The notes under the pieces: model-generated
Database searches by the model: none
Told to the model about the DNA's origin: nothing
The model's input: the letters and a program-made list of their open reading frames with translations, nothing else
Assembly (NCBI GenBank): GCA_021108415.1
Contig: JAIOQX010000004.1
Coordinates: forward strand, 6,189 to 70,188
Direction of reading: 5' to 3'
DNA: 64,000 nt
From: Acholeplasmataceae bacterium
Lineage (GTDB): Bacteria; Bacillota_I; Bacilli_A; Acholeplasmatales; Acholeplasmataceae
Position numbers and translations under genes: made by a program
In this document: piece after piece, positions 29,668-40,472 of the stretch
How the letters are laid out: the number at the start of each line of letters is the position of its first letter
Numbering within the stretch: the stretch's first letter is position 1

Positions 29668-30600
29668 ATGAAAAATACTACCTTTGCAAAAACGAATAAA
29701 AAGTCACCTAGATTAGGTTTTGGTTCGTGGCAATTAGGAAATACAGAATTTTGGGGCTATATGTCATTTGATGATGGCATTAAGTTAGTTAAAGAAGCTG
29801 CTCAACAAGGCATTACTTTTTTTGATACTGCTCCTGGATATGCTGCAGGTATGAGTGAAACCATTATAGGTGAAGCACTTAGTGGACAAAAAGATAACAT
29901 AATTATTAATACTAAAATAGGTCATATGGCTGATGGTAGTATTGATTATAGTGTTTCTTCATTAGAAGAACAAGTATATGAATCATTAGAAAGATTACAG
30001 TTACCTATGATTGATTCAGTATTATTGCATAATCCTGATATGGATATTTTAACCAATGAAACAGAGCATTTTGAAGAATTACAAAGACTTAAAGAAGAAG
30101 GGTTTATTAAATCATATGGTGTGAGTATAGATACATATGAAGAGTTTGAAGCTGTTTTAGAAAACGTAAACGTAGATACGATTGAAATATTGTTTAATGT
30201 CTTTTTTCAATCTTGTATTCCATTGTTTAAAAAAGCTAAAGAAAAAGGCATTACTTTAATTGCTAAAGTCCCTCTTGATTCTGGATGGTTGACTGGTAAA
30301 TATCATAAAGATTCAGAGTTTGAAGGTATTCGATCAAGATGGGATATAGAAACCATTGAACAAAGAGCTTTTCTTGTAGATAAATTAAAAAAGATTACCA
30401 ATGATCAATGCTTAACAAAATATACGATGGGTTTTATTTTAAGTTTCCCAGAAATTGACGTTGTAATTCCAGGCATCAAGAGTAAAGAACAATTGGCAGA
30501 ACATATTAAAAATTTGGATTATCAACTTCCAGATGATATAAAGGCAGAGTTTATAAAATTATATGATAAACATATAAAAGACGATCCACTAGTTTGGTAG
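29668..30600 (+). CDS. Aldo/keto reductase
   Basis: LGFGSWQLG, FFDTAPGY, NTKIG, SLERL, LLHNP, PLDSGWLTGK, VIPG. Confidence 0.92.
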   Translation: MKNTTFAKTNKKSPRLGFGSWQLGNTEFWGYMSFDDGIKLVKEAAQQGITFFDTAPGYAAGMSETIIGEALSGQKDNIIINTKIGHMADGSIDYSVSSLEEQVYESLERLQLPMIDSVLLHNPDMDILTNETEHFEELQRLKEEGFIKSYGVSIDTYEEFEAVLENVNVDTIEILFNVFFQSCIPLFKKAKEKGITLIAKVPLDSGWLTGKYHKDSEFEGIRSRWDIETIEQRAFLVDKLKKITNDQCLTKYTMGFILSFPEIDVVIPGIKSKEQLAEHIKNLDYQLPDDIKAEFIKLYDKHIKDDPLVW

Positions 30601-30607
30601 AATATTT

Positions 30608-30636
30608 AGAGTCAATCAAAAACAAAGATTGACTCT
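30608..30636 (+). terminator. Hairpin between AKR and DUF554 genes
   Basis: agagtcaatc-N9-gattgactct; U tract weak. Confidence 0.55.
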
Positions 30637-30658
30637 TAATTTTTATAAGAGGTAGATT

Positions 30659-31366
30659 ATGGGTACATTAATAAATGTCGCAGCAATTATAGTTGCAACC
30701 TTTTTAGGTATTATATTTAAAAAGGGACTTTCTGAAAAAATTCAAAAAGCGATCATGTTTACATTAGGTCTTGGATTAACTTGCCTTGCTCTAGGTTGGT
30801 TTATCAAAGATTTCATTGTCATTGAAAATGGTGTTTTATCTACACAAAATGATTTGCTCATAATCATATCATTAGTGATTGGTGTGATCATTGGTGAAAG
30901 CATTGATATTGATAAAAGGTTAAATGATTTTGTCTATAAAATAGAAAAGAAGTATAAGCTTCCACCACTTGCAAAAGGCTTTATAGCAGCAACACTTATC
31001 TTTTGTGTTGGAGCGATGGCAATTACTGGAGCGATACAAGATGGATTAGGCTTAGGCATGACAACATTGATTATTAAGTCGGTTTTAGACTTTATCACTG
31101 CAATGGTCTTAGCATCATTTTTAGGTATTGGTGTTATATTTTCAGCTTTTAGTGTTTTAATCTACCAAGGATCAATCACTTTACTTGCAAGATATTTAAG
31201 TGATTATGCAACACCAGAATTAATTGGTTCAATTTCAATGATAGGTTCTATATTATTAGTAGCTATTGGTATAAATTTTATGGAAATTAAAAAAATAAAA
31301 GTTGCAAATCTTCTACCTGCATTATTAATACCAATTATTTATTATTTGATACTTATGATTTTTTAA
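30659..31366 (+). CDS. DUF554 family membrane protein
   Basis: GTLINVAAII, FCVGAMAITG, KSVLDF, YQGSIT, NLLPAL. Confidence 0.92.
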   Translation: MGTLINVAAIIVATFLGIIFKKGLSEKIQKAIMFTLGLGLTCLALGWFIKDFIVIENGVLSTQNDLLIIISLVIGVIIGESIDIDKRLNDFVYKIEKKYKLPPLAKGFIAATLIFCVGAMAITGAIQDGLGLGMTTLIIKSVLDFITAMVLASFLGIGVIFSAFSVLIYQGSITLLARYLSDYATPELIGSISMIGSILLVAIGINFMEIKKIKVANLLPALLIPIIYYLILMIF

Positions 31367-31378
31367 AAAGGAGCAATT

Positions 31379-32035
31379 ATGGAGGTTTGTAAACTCTGCA
31401 AGAGTAAACATACAATTTCATATAAACATCCAAGTTTTAATATGATCTTTCATGAGTGCAAAGATTGTGAAGTTATTTATAAGGATAGATTTAATCGGGT
31501 ATCAGAAGCAAAAGAAAAACTAATTTATGATCAACATCAAAATTCATTAGAAAATACTGGATATGTTAATTATTTAAACAATTTTTTAGATGCAGCAGTA
31601 TATCCATTTATTAAAAGTGGAAAAGCGCTAGATTTTGGTAGTGGTCCAAATCCTGTTTTGTCGCAACTACTTAATGCGCAAGATTTATTTCATTGTGATA
31701 TCTATGATTATTATTACGCTAAAAATGAAGAAGTATTTAAAAATAAATATGATCTAATAACATCAACTGAAGTATTTGAACATTTAGATAATCCTCTAGA
31801 TATTCTTAATCGATTTTATGAAATACTAAATGATTCTGGAATTGTTTCAATTATGACTTTATTTCATCCAAAAGATGAATCAGATTTTTTTGAATGGTTT
31901 TATATAAGAGATCCATCTCATATCACATTTTATACACCAAAGACATTTGAAATACTTGCTAAAGCATCAGGGTTTATGATCTTAGATACAAATGATTATC
32001 GATATATCACATTAAAAAAACTGCCTAAATTTTAG
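31379..32035 (+). CDS. Class I SAM-dependent methyltransferase with N-terminal Cys pairs
   Basis: CKLC..CKDC, LDFGSGP, EVFEH, YIRDPSHITFY. Confidence 0.85.
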   Translation: MEVCKLCKSKHTISYKHPSFNMIFHECKDCEVIYKDRFNRVSEAKEKLIYDQHQNSLENTGYVNYLNNFLDAAVYPFIKSGKALDFGSGPNPVLSQLLNAQDLFHCDIYDYYYAKNEEVFKNKYDLITSTEVFEHLDNPLDILNRFYEILNDSGIVSIMTLFHPKDESDFFEWFYIRDPSHITFYTPKTFEILAKASGFMILDTNDYRYITLKKLPKF

Positions 32036-32043
32036 GCAGTTTT
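32017..32043. terminator. Bidirectional terminator
   Basis: aaaactgcctaa-att-ttaggcagtttt. Confidence 0.78.
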
Positions 32044-32050
32044 ATTCATA

Positions 32051-33253
32051 TTATTCTCTTATTAAAGGCATACTCATACATCTAGGACCGCCTCGACCTC
32101 TAGATAATTCACTAGCAGGTATCATAATGGTTTTGACACCATGTTCTTGTAATATTTTATTAGTGATTTGATTTCTTTGATAGACTATGACTACTCCAGG
32201 TGCGATAGCAAGCGCGTTTGCCCCATCATTCCATTGTTCTCTATCAGATGCAATTTTATCATCTCCACCACAAGGAATGACTGTAATTTTAGTTTTTAAG
32301 TGATAAGAAAATAGACGTTTGATTGAATACTTTTTAGGTATAATTCGTAACGTATGAGCTCTTGAGCCTCTATAGATTTCATAGACGTTAAGATTACCTG
32401 TAAAATCATGATGAATTAAAAATTTATCTACATCTACTTGTGTTAAAACTGTATCAAGATGCATAAAACTTCTTTTTTTAGGAAGATCAATAGCCAGTAC
32501 AACCTCAGCATTTGTATGGTCAAAAAGATTGTGCGCAAACTTTTCAATACCATCAGGCTCTGATCGCTCAGATATACCAACTGCGATTACTTTTTTATTT
32601 AAGACTAAGATGTCTCCACCTTCTATTGAATAATCTTCATAGCGATCATAGATTTTAACTGTTTGGCTATAATCTTTATGATATTTAAAGATATATTCAC
32701 CATATATTGTTTCTCTAGCACGTGCAGTTTTAAACATTTTATTTAATGAAACAGTGTTATAAACTGTCGAAAATGGATCTCTTGTAAAATAAAGGTTTGG
32801 CATTGGATCTGTCATAAATGGATAATCTCTAATATGATCTTTTAAAGAATGTTTACGATAGGTTTGGAAATCAGTTTTAACAATACCAGACATCGTCGTT
32901 AAAATCATATCTCTAATGGTCATATTATTTAAATAAGTATAAATTTTTTCTCTTGATTTGTGATGAATCAAATTCGATTCTGTAATAAATTGATTAATAA
33001 ATTGTTTTTTAATGATAGGATCTTGAAGGCTTTCTTCAACTAGATCAACTAGATAAACAACTTCAACACCGTTTTGTCTTAATACATTTGCTAAATAGTC
33101 ATGTTCCTCTTGAGCTTTTTTAAGCCAAGGAATATCATCAAATAATAATTCATTTAGCCATTTGGGAGTTAAATTCTCTAATTCTAACCCAGGTCTATGA
33201 AGACACACTTTTTTTAAAGGTGCAACTTCAGAGCAAACGCTTAAATTTTTCAT
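32051..33253 (-). CDS. arcA: Arginine deiminase
   Basis: LHRPG.EL, LLFDDIP, PMPNLYFTRD, IEGGD, MHLDTV, EQWNDGAN, GRGGPRCMS. Confidence 0.95.
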   Translation of the reverse strand: MKNLSVCSEVAPLKKVCLHRPGLELENLTPKWLNELLFDDIPWLKKAQEEHDYLANVLRQNGVEVVYLVDLVEESLQDPIIKKQFINQFITESNLIHHKSREKIYTYLNNMTIRDMILTTMSGIVKTDFQTYRKHSLKDHIRDYPFMTDPMPNLYFTRDPFSTVYNTVSLNKMFKTARARETIYGEYIFKYHKDYSQTVKIYDRYEDYSIEGGDILVLNKKVIAVGISERSEPDGIEKFAHNLFDHTNAEVVLAIDLPKKRSFMHLDTVLTQVDVDKFLIHHDFTGNLNVYEIYRGSRAHTLRIIPKKYSIKRLFSYHLKTKITVIPCGGDDKIASDREQWNDGANALAIAPGVVIVYQRNQITNKILQEHGVKTIMIPASELSRGRGGPRCMSMPLIRE

Positions 33254-33352
33254 AAATACCTCCAGTAATTAATCATATTATAACATATATTTAGCTTTAT
33301 ACTTATCTATTCATGTATAATAAGAATATGACATATTAAAGTAGGTGATCAG

Positions 33353-34222
33353 ATGCAAAAGATAGCTTTTGTAACAGGAGCAACATCAGGTATTGGCAGA
33401 GAACTTGTCTTAAAAATGGTTAGAGAAGATATTACAGTTATTGCTTTAGGAAGATCTGATGAAAAAATAGATCAATTGATAGCTGACACGAAATCTTTAC
33501 TGAATAAAAATAGGTTATTTATCGTAAAAGGGAATTTAAATGACCAAGAAGGTGTAGATAAGATTGCTAAAGAAGTTTTGTTAATTTTAGATAAACACAA
33601 ATATGAACTAGATTATTTGGTTCATGTAGCAGGAAGAGTGACATCGGGATATCATTTAAATAATGATCAACACGAAATGACATTTGCAATCAATCATTTA
33701 GCTGTAGTTCAGTTAACACATTTACTCATCAATAGAATCAAGAAATCAATGAGATCTAGAATATTAATCGTAAGTTCACAATCTCATTATCGCGCAAGTA
33801 TCAATTTTAATAATTTAGAGTCAAAATCATTTTATTCGATCTTAAGATCGTATAAAAGATCAAAGTTATATAATGTCTTATTTGTTAAAGGGTTTGCTCA
33901 AAGATTTAAAGAAATACCTATCTTTGCAATTGATCCAGGTTTAGTTCAAACCAAGATAGGAACAAAAAATACTTCTAAATTAGCCAGCTTTATCTGGAGT
34001 TTGAGAGCTAAAAAAGGGATCCAAGCTAGTGATGCAGCTCATCATATGTTTAATGTAATAACACAAGAAGCATTTGATCAACAAAGTGGTTCATATATAA
34101 GACATGGTGTAAATGTTTCATCTAATCCAATCACTTATGATCAAGAAAACATAGACAAGTTATGGGATATAAGCTTAAAAATGCTAGATATCACTGATTT
34201 TTTAATTAAAGGGGAATTATGA
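33353..34222 (+). CDS. SDR family oxidoreductase
   Basis: VTGATSGIG, TFAINH, YKRSK, IDPGLVQT. Confidence 0.88.
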   Translation: MQKIAFVTGATSGIGRELVLKMVREDITVIALGRSDEKIDQLIADTKSLLNKNRLFIVKGNLNDQEGVDKIAKEVLLILDKHKYELDYLVHVAGRVTSGYHLNNDQHEMTFAINHLAVVQLTHLLINRIKKSMRSRILIVSSQSHYRASINFNNLESKSFYSILRSYKRSKLYNVLFVKGFAQRFKEIPIFAIDPGLVQTKIGTKNTSKLASFIWSLRAKKGIQASDAAHHMFNVITQEAFDQQSGSYIRHGVNVSSNPITYDQENIDKLWDISLKMLDITDFLIKGEL

Positions 34223-35316
34223 AAAAAACAATAATCATTACACTTATTGCTATATTATCTATTGTCTTACTCTTTGGTTTAATCGTTTTGCGATTATTCT
34301 TAGTAAGAGTTTTTGATATAAATGCTCAAGAAAAACACATCAAACAATTAAAAACATATTATGATTCATCTGATTATCAAAGTATTGATGAAAATCAATT
34401 CGTTAATTTTGATTTAGATGATGAAACCATCCGTTTAAATGACATTCAAATGATAGCATCACATAATAGTTATAAAAAAATAGGACCTGCGATTGGTAGA
34501 TTTTTTGTAGGGCTTGGTGATTCATTTGAAGAAGCACGTGCATTAAATTATGGTTATAAAAATATAACCGAACAATTAGAAGCAGGCGTTAGAAGTTTTG
34601 AGTTAGATGTTAGATATCGAAATCAAAGTTTTGAGTTGACGCATGTTCCATTAGTAGATTCTTCAAGTCAAGCAGTCAGTTTTGAACTATTATTAGAGGA
34701 AATCTATTTATTTTCATCTCATCAAACAGGACACATACCAATCATTATTCTTTTAGAAATCAAAGACGATTGGATGATTTTAGATCCACAATTAGAAAAG
34801 ATGGATCAAGAAGCCTTTATTTTGTTTGATGAGCTTATAAAAGAACAAATCAAAGATCATTTGTTTCAACCCTCTGATATGCTTATAGGTGATGATACAC
34901 TAAAAGAAATTATTATGAATCAAGGATGGCCAAGTTTAACAGAATTGTTAAATAAAGTTATCTTTGTGATGCATCCAGACTCATATAATCAAATCTATTT
35001 TGATATAGATGATAGTCTTTCATCACAAGCTATGTTTATAGGAAGCTATTATTCAGAAAATCCAGAGGAATATGCCTCATTTTTTGTTCAAAATGATGTT
35101 GACATAGATTTGATTAAAACACTTGTTGATCAAAACTATATGGTAAGAACGCGTATGGACACACAACTAATATTTGATGAACAAAGATATCTTGATGCAA
35201 TTGAAAGTGGTGCACAAATCTTAACAACTGACTTATCTATCGGTAGATTCGATTTAGATGTCTCAGATTACATTTATTTAAATTCTGAGTTTATGATTGT
35301 GAAAAAAGAGGATTAA
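34219..35316 (+). CDS. Membrane-anchored PI-PLC-like phosphodiesterase
   Basis: N-terminal TM; ASHNSYK, QLEAGVRSFELDV, H.PIII.LEIKDD, GAQILTTD. Confidence 0.75.
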   Translation: MKKTIIITLIAILSIVLLFGLIVLRLFLVRVFDINAQEKHIKQLKTYYDSSDYQSIDENQFVNFDLDDETIRLNDIQMIASHNSYKKIGPAIGRFFVGLGDSFEEARALNYGYKNITEQLEAGVRSFELDVRYRNQSFELTHVPLVDSSSQAVSFELLLEEIYLFSSHQTGHIPIIILLEIKDDWMILDPQLEKMDQEAFILFDELIKEQIKDHLFQPSDMLIGDDTLKEIIMNQGWPSLTELLNKVIFVMHPDSYNQIYFDIDDSLSSQAMFIGSYYSENPEEYASFFVQNDVDIDLIKTLVDQNYMVRTRMDTQLIFDEQRYLDAIESGAQILTTDLSIGRFDLDVSDYIYLNSEFMIVKKED

Positions 35317-35387
35317 AAAATCATCTTGATTAAAAAAATGTTTCGTGTATAATAGAAATACACTCTAAATTTATAGGAGGTATTATA

Positions 35388-35897
35388 GTGGAACAAAAAA
35401 CTACTTATTTAGAAAATTCAAATATTTATGAAACAGTTGTACAAAGACTTAAAGAGCGTGGCGTAGATTTATCAGAAATTGCACAAATCACTTATGACTT
35501 GCAAAAAAAATATATACCAGATTTGTCATTAGAATACTGCTTGAATCATGTAGATAAAGTTGTTAACAAAAGAGAAGTACAATATGCTGTTATTACTGGC
35601 TTAGAATTAGACATATTAGCTGAAAAAGGATTACTTAGTGAACCTTTATCTAGCATGTTATTAAATGATTATGGATTATATGGAATTGATGAAATCATGG
35701 CCTTATCTATAGTGAACGTTTATGGATCTATTGGATTTACCAACTTTGGCTATGTTGATAAACTAAAACCTGGCATTATTGGTACATTAGATGAAGAAGG
35801 TAAAAAACCAGGTAAGTGTAATACATTTTTAGATGATATCGTAGGTGCGATTGCTGCAGCAGCAGCAAGTTCGATAGCGCATCGTTTTACAAAATAA
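35388..35897 (+). CDS. pgpA: Phosphatidylglycerophosphatase A family (YutG-like)
   Basis: KREVQ, YGIDE, YGSIGFTNFGYVDK, FLDDIVGAIAAAA; GTG start after aggagg. Confidence 0.85.
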   Translation: MEQKTTYLENSNIYETVVQRLKERGVDLSEIAQITYDLQKKYIPDLSLEYCLNHVDKVVNKREVQYAVITGLELDILAEKGLLSEPLSSMLLNDYGLYGIDEIMALSIVNVYGSIGFTNFGYVDKLKPGIIGTLDEEGKKPGKCNTFLDDIVGAIAAAAASSIAHRFTK

Positions 35898-35916
35898 AGG
35901 CTAATGCCTTTTTTTT
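35896..35916 (+). terminator. Intrinsic terminator
   Basis: aaaggc-taat-gccttt plus T run. Confidence 0.6.
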
Positions 35917-35988
35917 GTGGCTTAAACTTAATAAAACATATCTTTTTGCGTTATAATATAAGTAGATTTAATAAACTAGAGGACTTAT

Positions 35989-38349
35989 ATGACAAATAAT
36001 GATCAATTTCAAAGCATCATTTTAAAAATCGCAACAGAACTTGTAAACATTAATATAGACCAATTTGACGAAGTGATTCAAAACACTTTAGAATTAGTTG
36101 GTGATTTTTTAAATGTAGATAGAGTTTATGTATTTGAATATAACCATGAAAGAAGAATTGCAAGTAATACATTTGAATGGTGTAATAAAGGAGTAAGTTC
36201 TGAAATTGATAACCTACAAACAGCAAGTATGGATATATTTGCTGATGATTTAGTGAATCATCATTTAGAGGGTAGAAACTTTATTTTAGAAAATGTATCT
36301 TCACTAGACCATGACAATCCATTGTATATCGCACTTTCAAAACAAGGAATTAAATCGTTAACAACAATTCCTTTAATGGATGATAAACATTGTTTAGGCT
36401 TTGTTGGATATGATGATGTTAGAGTCGAGCGTAAATGGAATGAGAAAGAAACATCACTTTTAAAAGTTTTAGCTGTGATTATTGCGAATGCTATGCTTAA
36501 ACAAAAAAGTCAAAAACTACTTATTGAATTGAAAGAGAAAGCAGATCAAGCAAGTTTAGAAAAAAATCAATTTTTAGCAAAAATAAGTCATGAGTTTAGA
36601 ACACCTTTGAATGGCGCAAAAAATGCATTATACTTACTTAATTCTACAAGATTAACATCTGAACAAAAAGAATATGTTGACATTGCAGCTTATTCTACTG
36701 AACATCTTATTTCTATGATAGGAGACATTTTAGATATATCAAAAATAGAAAGTGGACAAATTGAAAATTTCAGAGATATTTTTGATCTTGAAAACGAGTT
36801 AGCGAATATACTTTTAGGAGAAAATACTGGTGCACAAGAAAAGGGTTTATCATTGTCTTTTGATTTTGACTACTCAATCAATCATTTATTCATTAGCGAT
36901 TTAAAAAAATTAAGACAAATTATCACAAATTTAATCAATAATGCGATAAAATATACAAATCAAGGAAATGTCTCATTGGATGTAAAAAAAATTAAAGAAA
37001 CCAGTGCTAATGAAACTCTAGTCTTTACGATAAAAGATACAGGTATTGGCATTGATCAAACTCATTATGAAAGAATATATGATAAATTCTATCAAGTTGA
37101 TTCTGGGAACTCAAGAAATTATGAAGGGACTGGTCTAGGTCTTGCGATTGTTAAAGAATTAGTTGAACAATTAGACGGAGAAATTGTATTGGAAAGTCAA
37201 CTTGAAAAGGGAACTGAATTTAGAATTACACTTAAACTTACTAAAAGTACAATCTATGACTTTTCAAAACTAAATCAAATCAAAGTACTGATTATAGACA
37301 ATGATCAAGAATCATTAAAAATTAATGATTTACTAAGTTCAATGCATATAAAAGTTGAAACTTTAAAAAATATCACTAGAAAATATGATGTAATCTTTTT
37401 TAATCAAAAAAAATCATTAGAGCTTATAGATTACTATAAGAATAATTATGGGAAATCAGAAACTTTAATTGCTGCTTCATATAATGGTGATATGGAAATT
37501 GATAAAATTGATGTTCTATTGAATAGTATTACATCAAGAAAACTAGTTTATCGAAAGATAACAGCTAAACTTAATGGACATAAACAAGAAGTAAAAGATA
37601 TTTATAGCAATGAGTTAACAGGATATGCTTTAGTTGTTGATGATAATAGATTAAATAGAATTGTTTTAGAAAACATTTTAAGAAAAGAAGGCATTAAATC
37701 AAAATTGGTTGATAGTGGTTTTAAGGCAATTGAGGCTGTACAAAAAGAAAGATTTGATATCGTATTAATGGATATACAAATGCCAAAGATGGATGGTATG
37801 GAAACATCTAATAAAATTAGAGGTTTAGGTCCTCAATACAAATATCTTCCTATTATTGCTATTACTGCAAACGCATTTTTAAATGATTATGATCTTATGA
37901 AAAAAGCACAAATGAATGATGTTTTATTTAAACCAATTAATATAGAACAACTAGAACGTATATTAAGAAATCATATTTCTCATCAAAAATACATTTTCAT
38001 ACCTTATCATCAAATTGTATTTGATCGCATGGATTATGAGAATAGATTTGAAGGTAGCATGGATATCGCAATAGATATCATTAAAACATTTATTGACACC
38101 TATCATAATGATTTATTAAGAATACACGATGCAATAAATGGAAAAAACTCAAAAGAAATTGAACAAGCAATACACTACTTTAAAGGCTCATGTGCATACT
38201 TAAGTGGAAAAAGAACGACATGGCTCTTATCTTCTATGATGGATATTAATATCAAAAATGATATAGAGCACTTAAAAAAAGCTTGTGAGGTTTTAACATA
38301 TGAAGTTGATAAGTTAGTTGAAGAATTAAAAACATACGCAAAAATTTAG
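35989..38349 (+). CDS. Cytoplasmic hybrid sensor kinase GAF-HisKA-HATPase-(degenerate REC)-REC-Hpt
   Basis: [54 protein letters not shown]. Confidence 0.92.
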   Translation: MTNNDQFQSIILKIATELVNINIDQFDEVIQNTLELVGDFLNVDRVYVFEYNHERRIASNTFEWCNKGVSSEIDNLQTASMDIFADDLVNHHLEGRNFILENVSSLDHDNPLYIALSKQGIKSLTTIPLMDDKHCLGFVGYDDVRVERKWNEKETSLLKVLAVIIANAMLKQKSQKLLIELKEKADQASLEKNQFLAKISHEFRTPLNGAKNALYLLNSTRLTSEQKEYVDIAAYSTEHLISMIGDILDISKIESGQIENFRDIFDLENELANILLGENTGAQEKGLSLSFDFDYSINHLFISDLKKLRQIITNLINNAIKYTNQGNVSLDVKKIKETSANETLVFTIKDTGIGIDQTHYERIYDKFYQVDSGNSRNYEGTGLGLAIVKELVEQLDGEIVLESQLEKGTEFRITLKLTKSTIYDFSKLNQIKVLIIDNDQESLKINDLLSSMHIKVETLKNITRKYDVIFFNQKKSLELIDYYKNNYGKSETLIAASYNGDMEIDKIDVLLNSITSRKLVYRKITAKLNGHKQEVKDIYSNELTGYALVVDDNRLNRIVLENILRKEGIKSKLVDSGFKAIEAVQKERFDIVLMDIQMPKMDGMETSNKIRGLGPQYKYLPIIAITANAFLNDYDLMKKAQMNDVLFKPINIEQLERILRNHISHQKYIFIPYHQIVFDRMDYENRFEGSMDIAIDIIKTFIDTYHNDLLRIHDAINGKNSKEIEQAIHYFKGSCAYLSGKRTTWLLSSMMDINIKNDIEHLKKACEVLTYEVDKLVEELKTYAKI

Positions 38350-38365
38350 AAAAAGAGGGGAAATT

Positions 38366-38794
38366 ATGAAAGATAAAAAAGATTTAAAAAAAGAACTTAC
38401 ACCAATCCAATACCACGTCACTCAAGAAAATGGAACTGAAAGACCATTCGAAAATGAATTTTGGAATCATGATCAAGAAGGACTTTATGTAGATATTGTA
38501 TCTGGAGAAGCATTATTTTCAAGCTTAGATAAGTTTGATAGTAGTTGTGGTTGGCCTAGTTTTGCTAAACCTATCGAAAAACTTAACACCAAAGTTGATC
38601 GAACATTCTCAATGGTTAGAACCGAAGTAAGAAGTAAACAAGCTGATAGTCATCTTGGTCATTTATTTACCGATGGACCTGTTGAACTTGGAGGCTATAG
38701 ATATTGTATCAATTCAGCAGCGCTTAAATTCATTCCAAAGAAAGATTTAAAAAAGACAGGATATGAAGCATATCTTGAACTTTTTAAAGATTAA
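38366..38794 (+). CDS. msrB: Peptide-methionine (R)-S-oxide reductase
   Basis: [38 protein letters not shown]. Confidence 0.96.
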   Translation: MKDKKDLKKELTPIQYHVTQENGTERPFENEFWNHDQEGLYVDIVSGEALFSSLDKFDSSCGWPSFAKPIEKLNTKVDRTFSMVRTEVRSKQADSHLGHLFTDGPVELGGYRYCINSAALKFIPKKDLKKTGYEAYLELFKD

Positions 38795-38798
38795 ACAT

Positions 38799-39722
38799 AT
38801 GAATTATGAGGTTGATAAAGAGTTACGTATTCTAAAAAGTTTAAAATATAAAAAAATGACGAGAAGGAAAAGAGCGATTACAAATTTTCTTCTTAATTTA
38901 AGTGTGTTCTTTTCAAGACCAGTAAAAGGCATGAAATTAAAAGTTTATAAGATAAAAGGTTATCAAAATCAAAAGATAAAAGTGTTTTATCTAAAACACA
39001 AAAAACAAAATACACCTAAAAAAGCATTAATATATTTGCATGGAGGTAGTTTTCAACTTGAAGGGACACCCTTTCATATTAGGAATTTATCAAAGATTTC
39101 TTTACAATCAGGACATAATGCGATTTATGTCAAATATAGATTAGCACCTAAATATCCCTTTCCATATGGTTTAGAAGATAGTTATCAAGCATATCTTTGG
39201 GTAAAAGAGCATGCAGATATGTTAGATATTAACATTAAGCACATATCTATTGGTGGTGATAGTGCAGGTGGGAATTTAGCGATTGGTGTTGCATGCCTTG
39301 TTAGAGATCGTTTAAAAGAAAGTTTTAATAAAGTTCTTCTTTTTTATCCTGTAATTGATCATAGACAAGTAACAGAATCTATCAAATTATATACGGATAC
39401 ACCTGTGTTTAATTCACGATTAAACGAAGATATGTGGGAATCTTATTTAAAAAATGGCGATTTTGGAATGCTAGAATACGCTTCATTTATGGATAGTAAT
39501 CTTCGTGATTTTCCAGAAACGTATATTGAAACTGCAGAATATGATTGCCTAAGAGATGAAGGAATTATGTTTGCTGAAAAACTAAAAGATCTAAATACAA
39601 AAGTTTATGAAAGACATACGATGCATTCAGTACATGGATATGATGGTGTTTTTTACTCACAATTTATGAAACAAAGAATAAAAGATAGAAGTGCATTTTT
39701 GTTAGGAGTGTTAAAAAAATGA
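38799..39722 (+). CDS. Alpha/beta hydrolase, HSL-like lipase/esterase
   Basis: HGGSF, YRLAP, GDSAGGNL, AEYDCLRDEG, HGYD; start placed at ATG 38799. Confidence 0.88.
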   Translation: MNYEVDKELRILKSLKYKKMTRRKRAITNFLLNLSVFFSRPVKGMKLKVYKIKGYQNQKIKVFYLKHKKQNTPKKALIYLHGGSFQLEGTPFHIRNLSKISLQSGHNAIYVKYRLAPKYPFPYGLEDSYQAYLWVKEHADMLDINIKHISIGGDSAGGNLAIGVACLVRDRLKESFNKVLLFYPVIDHRQVTESIKLYTDTPVFNSRLNEDMWESYLKNGDFGMLEYASFMDSNLRDFPETYIETAEYDCLRDEGIMFAEKLKDLNTKVYERHTMHSVHGYDGVFYSQFMKQRIKDRSAFLLGVLKK

Positions 39723-40345
39723 AAACAATAGATAAAACAAAATGGGATAGATTTGAAATGTTTGAGTTTTTTAAGTCTTACGATCTACCTAGATATCAAA
39801 TAACTGTTGATATCGATGTGACAAATCTATACAATTTTGCAAAAGCAAATGATCTTTCTTTTTATTTTTCGATGATGTGGGTAGTTATGAAAGAAATCAA
39901 TCAAATAGAAAATTTTAAGTATAGAATCCAAGATGATCAAGTTGTATATTATGATGAGATACATCCCTCATTTACAGACTTGATTAAAAATTCTGATAGA
40001 TTTAAAATTGTTAACACAACATTTGTTGATGACATCTATCAATTTGTAAAAGAAGCTAGAAACAAATCAGAAAAACAAAACAACCAATTTATTAACTATA
40101 ATGAAGAAATTAGACAAGATTTGGTTTATATTACAGTCTTTCCTTGGTTTACCTATTCGCATATTACAAATGCTACCAAAATTGATTCGAAAGATGCAAT
40201 CCCTAGAATCATATGGGGTAAATATAAGAAGTTAAATGATAAATTAATCATGCCGTTTACTCTAGAAGTACATCACGGCTTTGTAGATGGATATCATATA
40301 GGACTATTTTTGAATAAAATGGTTGATTTAATAGAACAATTATAA
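39719..40345 (+). CDS. CatA-like O-acetyltransferase
   Basis: PRIIWGKY, MPFTLEVHHGFVDGYH with catalytic His motif. Confidence 0.85.
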   Translation: MKTIDKTKWDRFEMFEFFKSYDLPRYQITVDIDVTNLYNFAKANDLSFYFSMMWVVMKEINQIENFKYRIQDDQVVYYDEIHPSFTDLIKNSDRFKIVNTTFVDDIYQFVKEARNKSEKQNNQFINYNEEIRQDLVYITVFPWFTYSHITNATKIDSKDAIPRIIWGKYKKLNDKLIMPFTLEVHHGFVDGYHIGLFLNKMVDLIEQL

Positions 40346-40369
40346 AGGCGAATTCGCCTTTTCTTTTTT
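40344..40369 (+). terminator. Intrinsic terminator
   Basis: aaaggcg-aatt-cgccttt plus T-rich tail. Confidence 0.7.
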
Positions 40370-40438
40370 AAATTATGATAAAAAATACAATATTAAAAAT
40401 CGTCATGACAAACTATTATAACTATGTTATAATACAAA

Positions 40439-40452
40439 TGTAAGCGCTTTTA
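40439..40452 (+). promoter_or_regulatory. cre-like (CcpA/LacI-family) operator just downstream of the extended -10 of the ldh-vor operon
   Basis: TGTAAGCGCTTTTA, one mismatch to WTGNAANCGNWNNCW; TG-T-TATAAT at 40425-40433. Confidence 0.55.
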
Positions 40453-40472
40453 AAAATTGGAAGGAGAATAAC

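Noticed and set aside
39719-40345. cat-like gene as acquired antibiotic resistance
   Set aside because: No flanking mobile element or inducible leader; it is coupled to chromosomal neighbours and its substrate cannot be inferred
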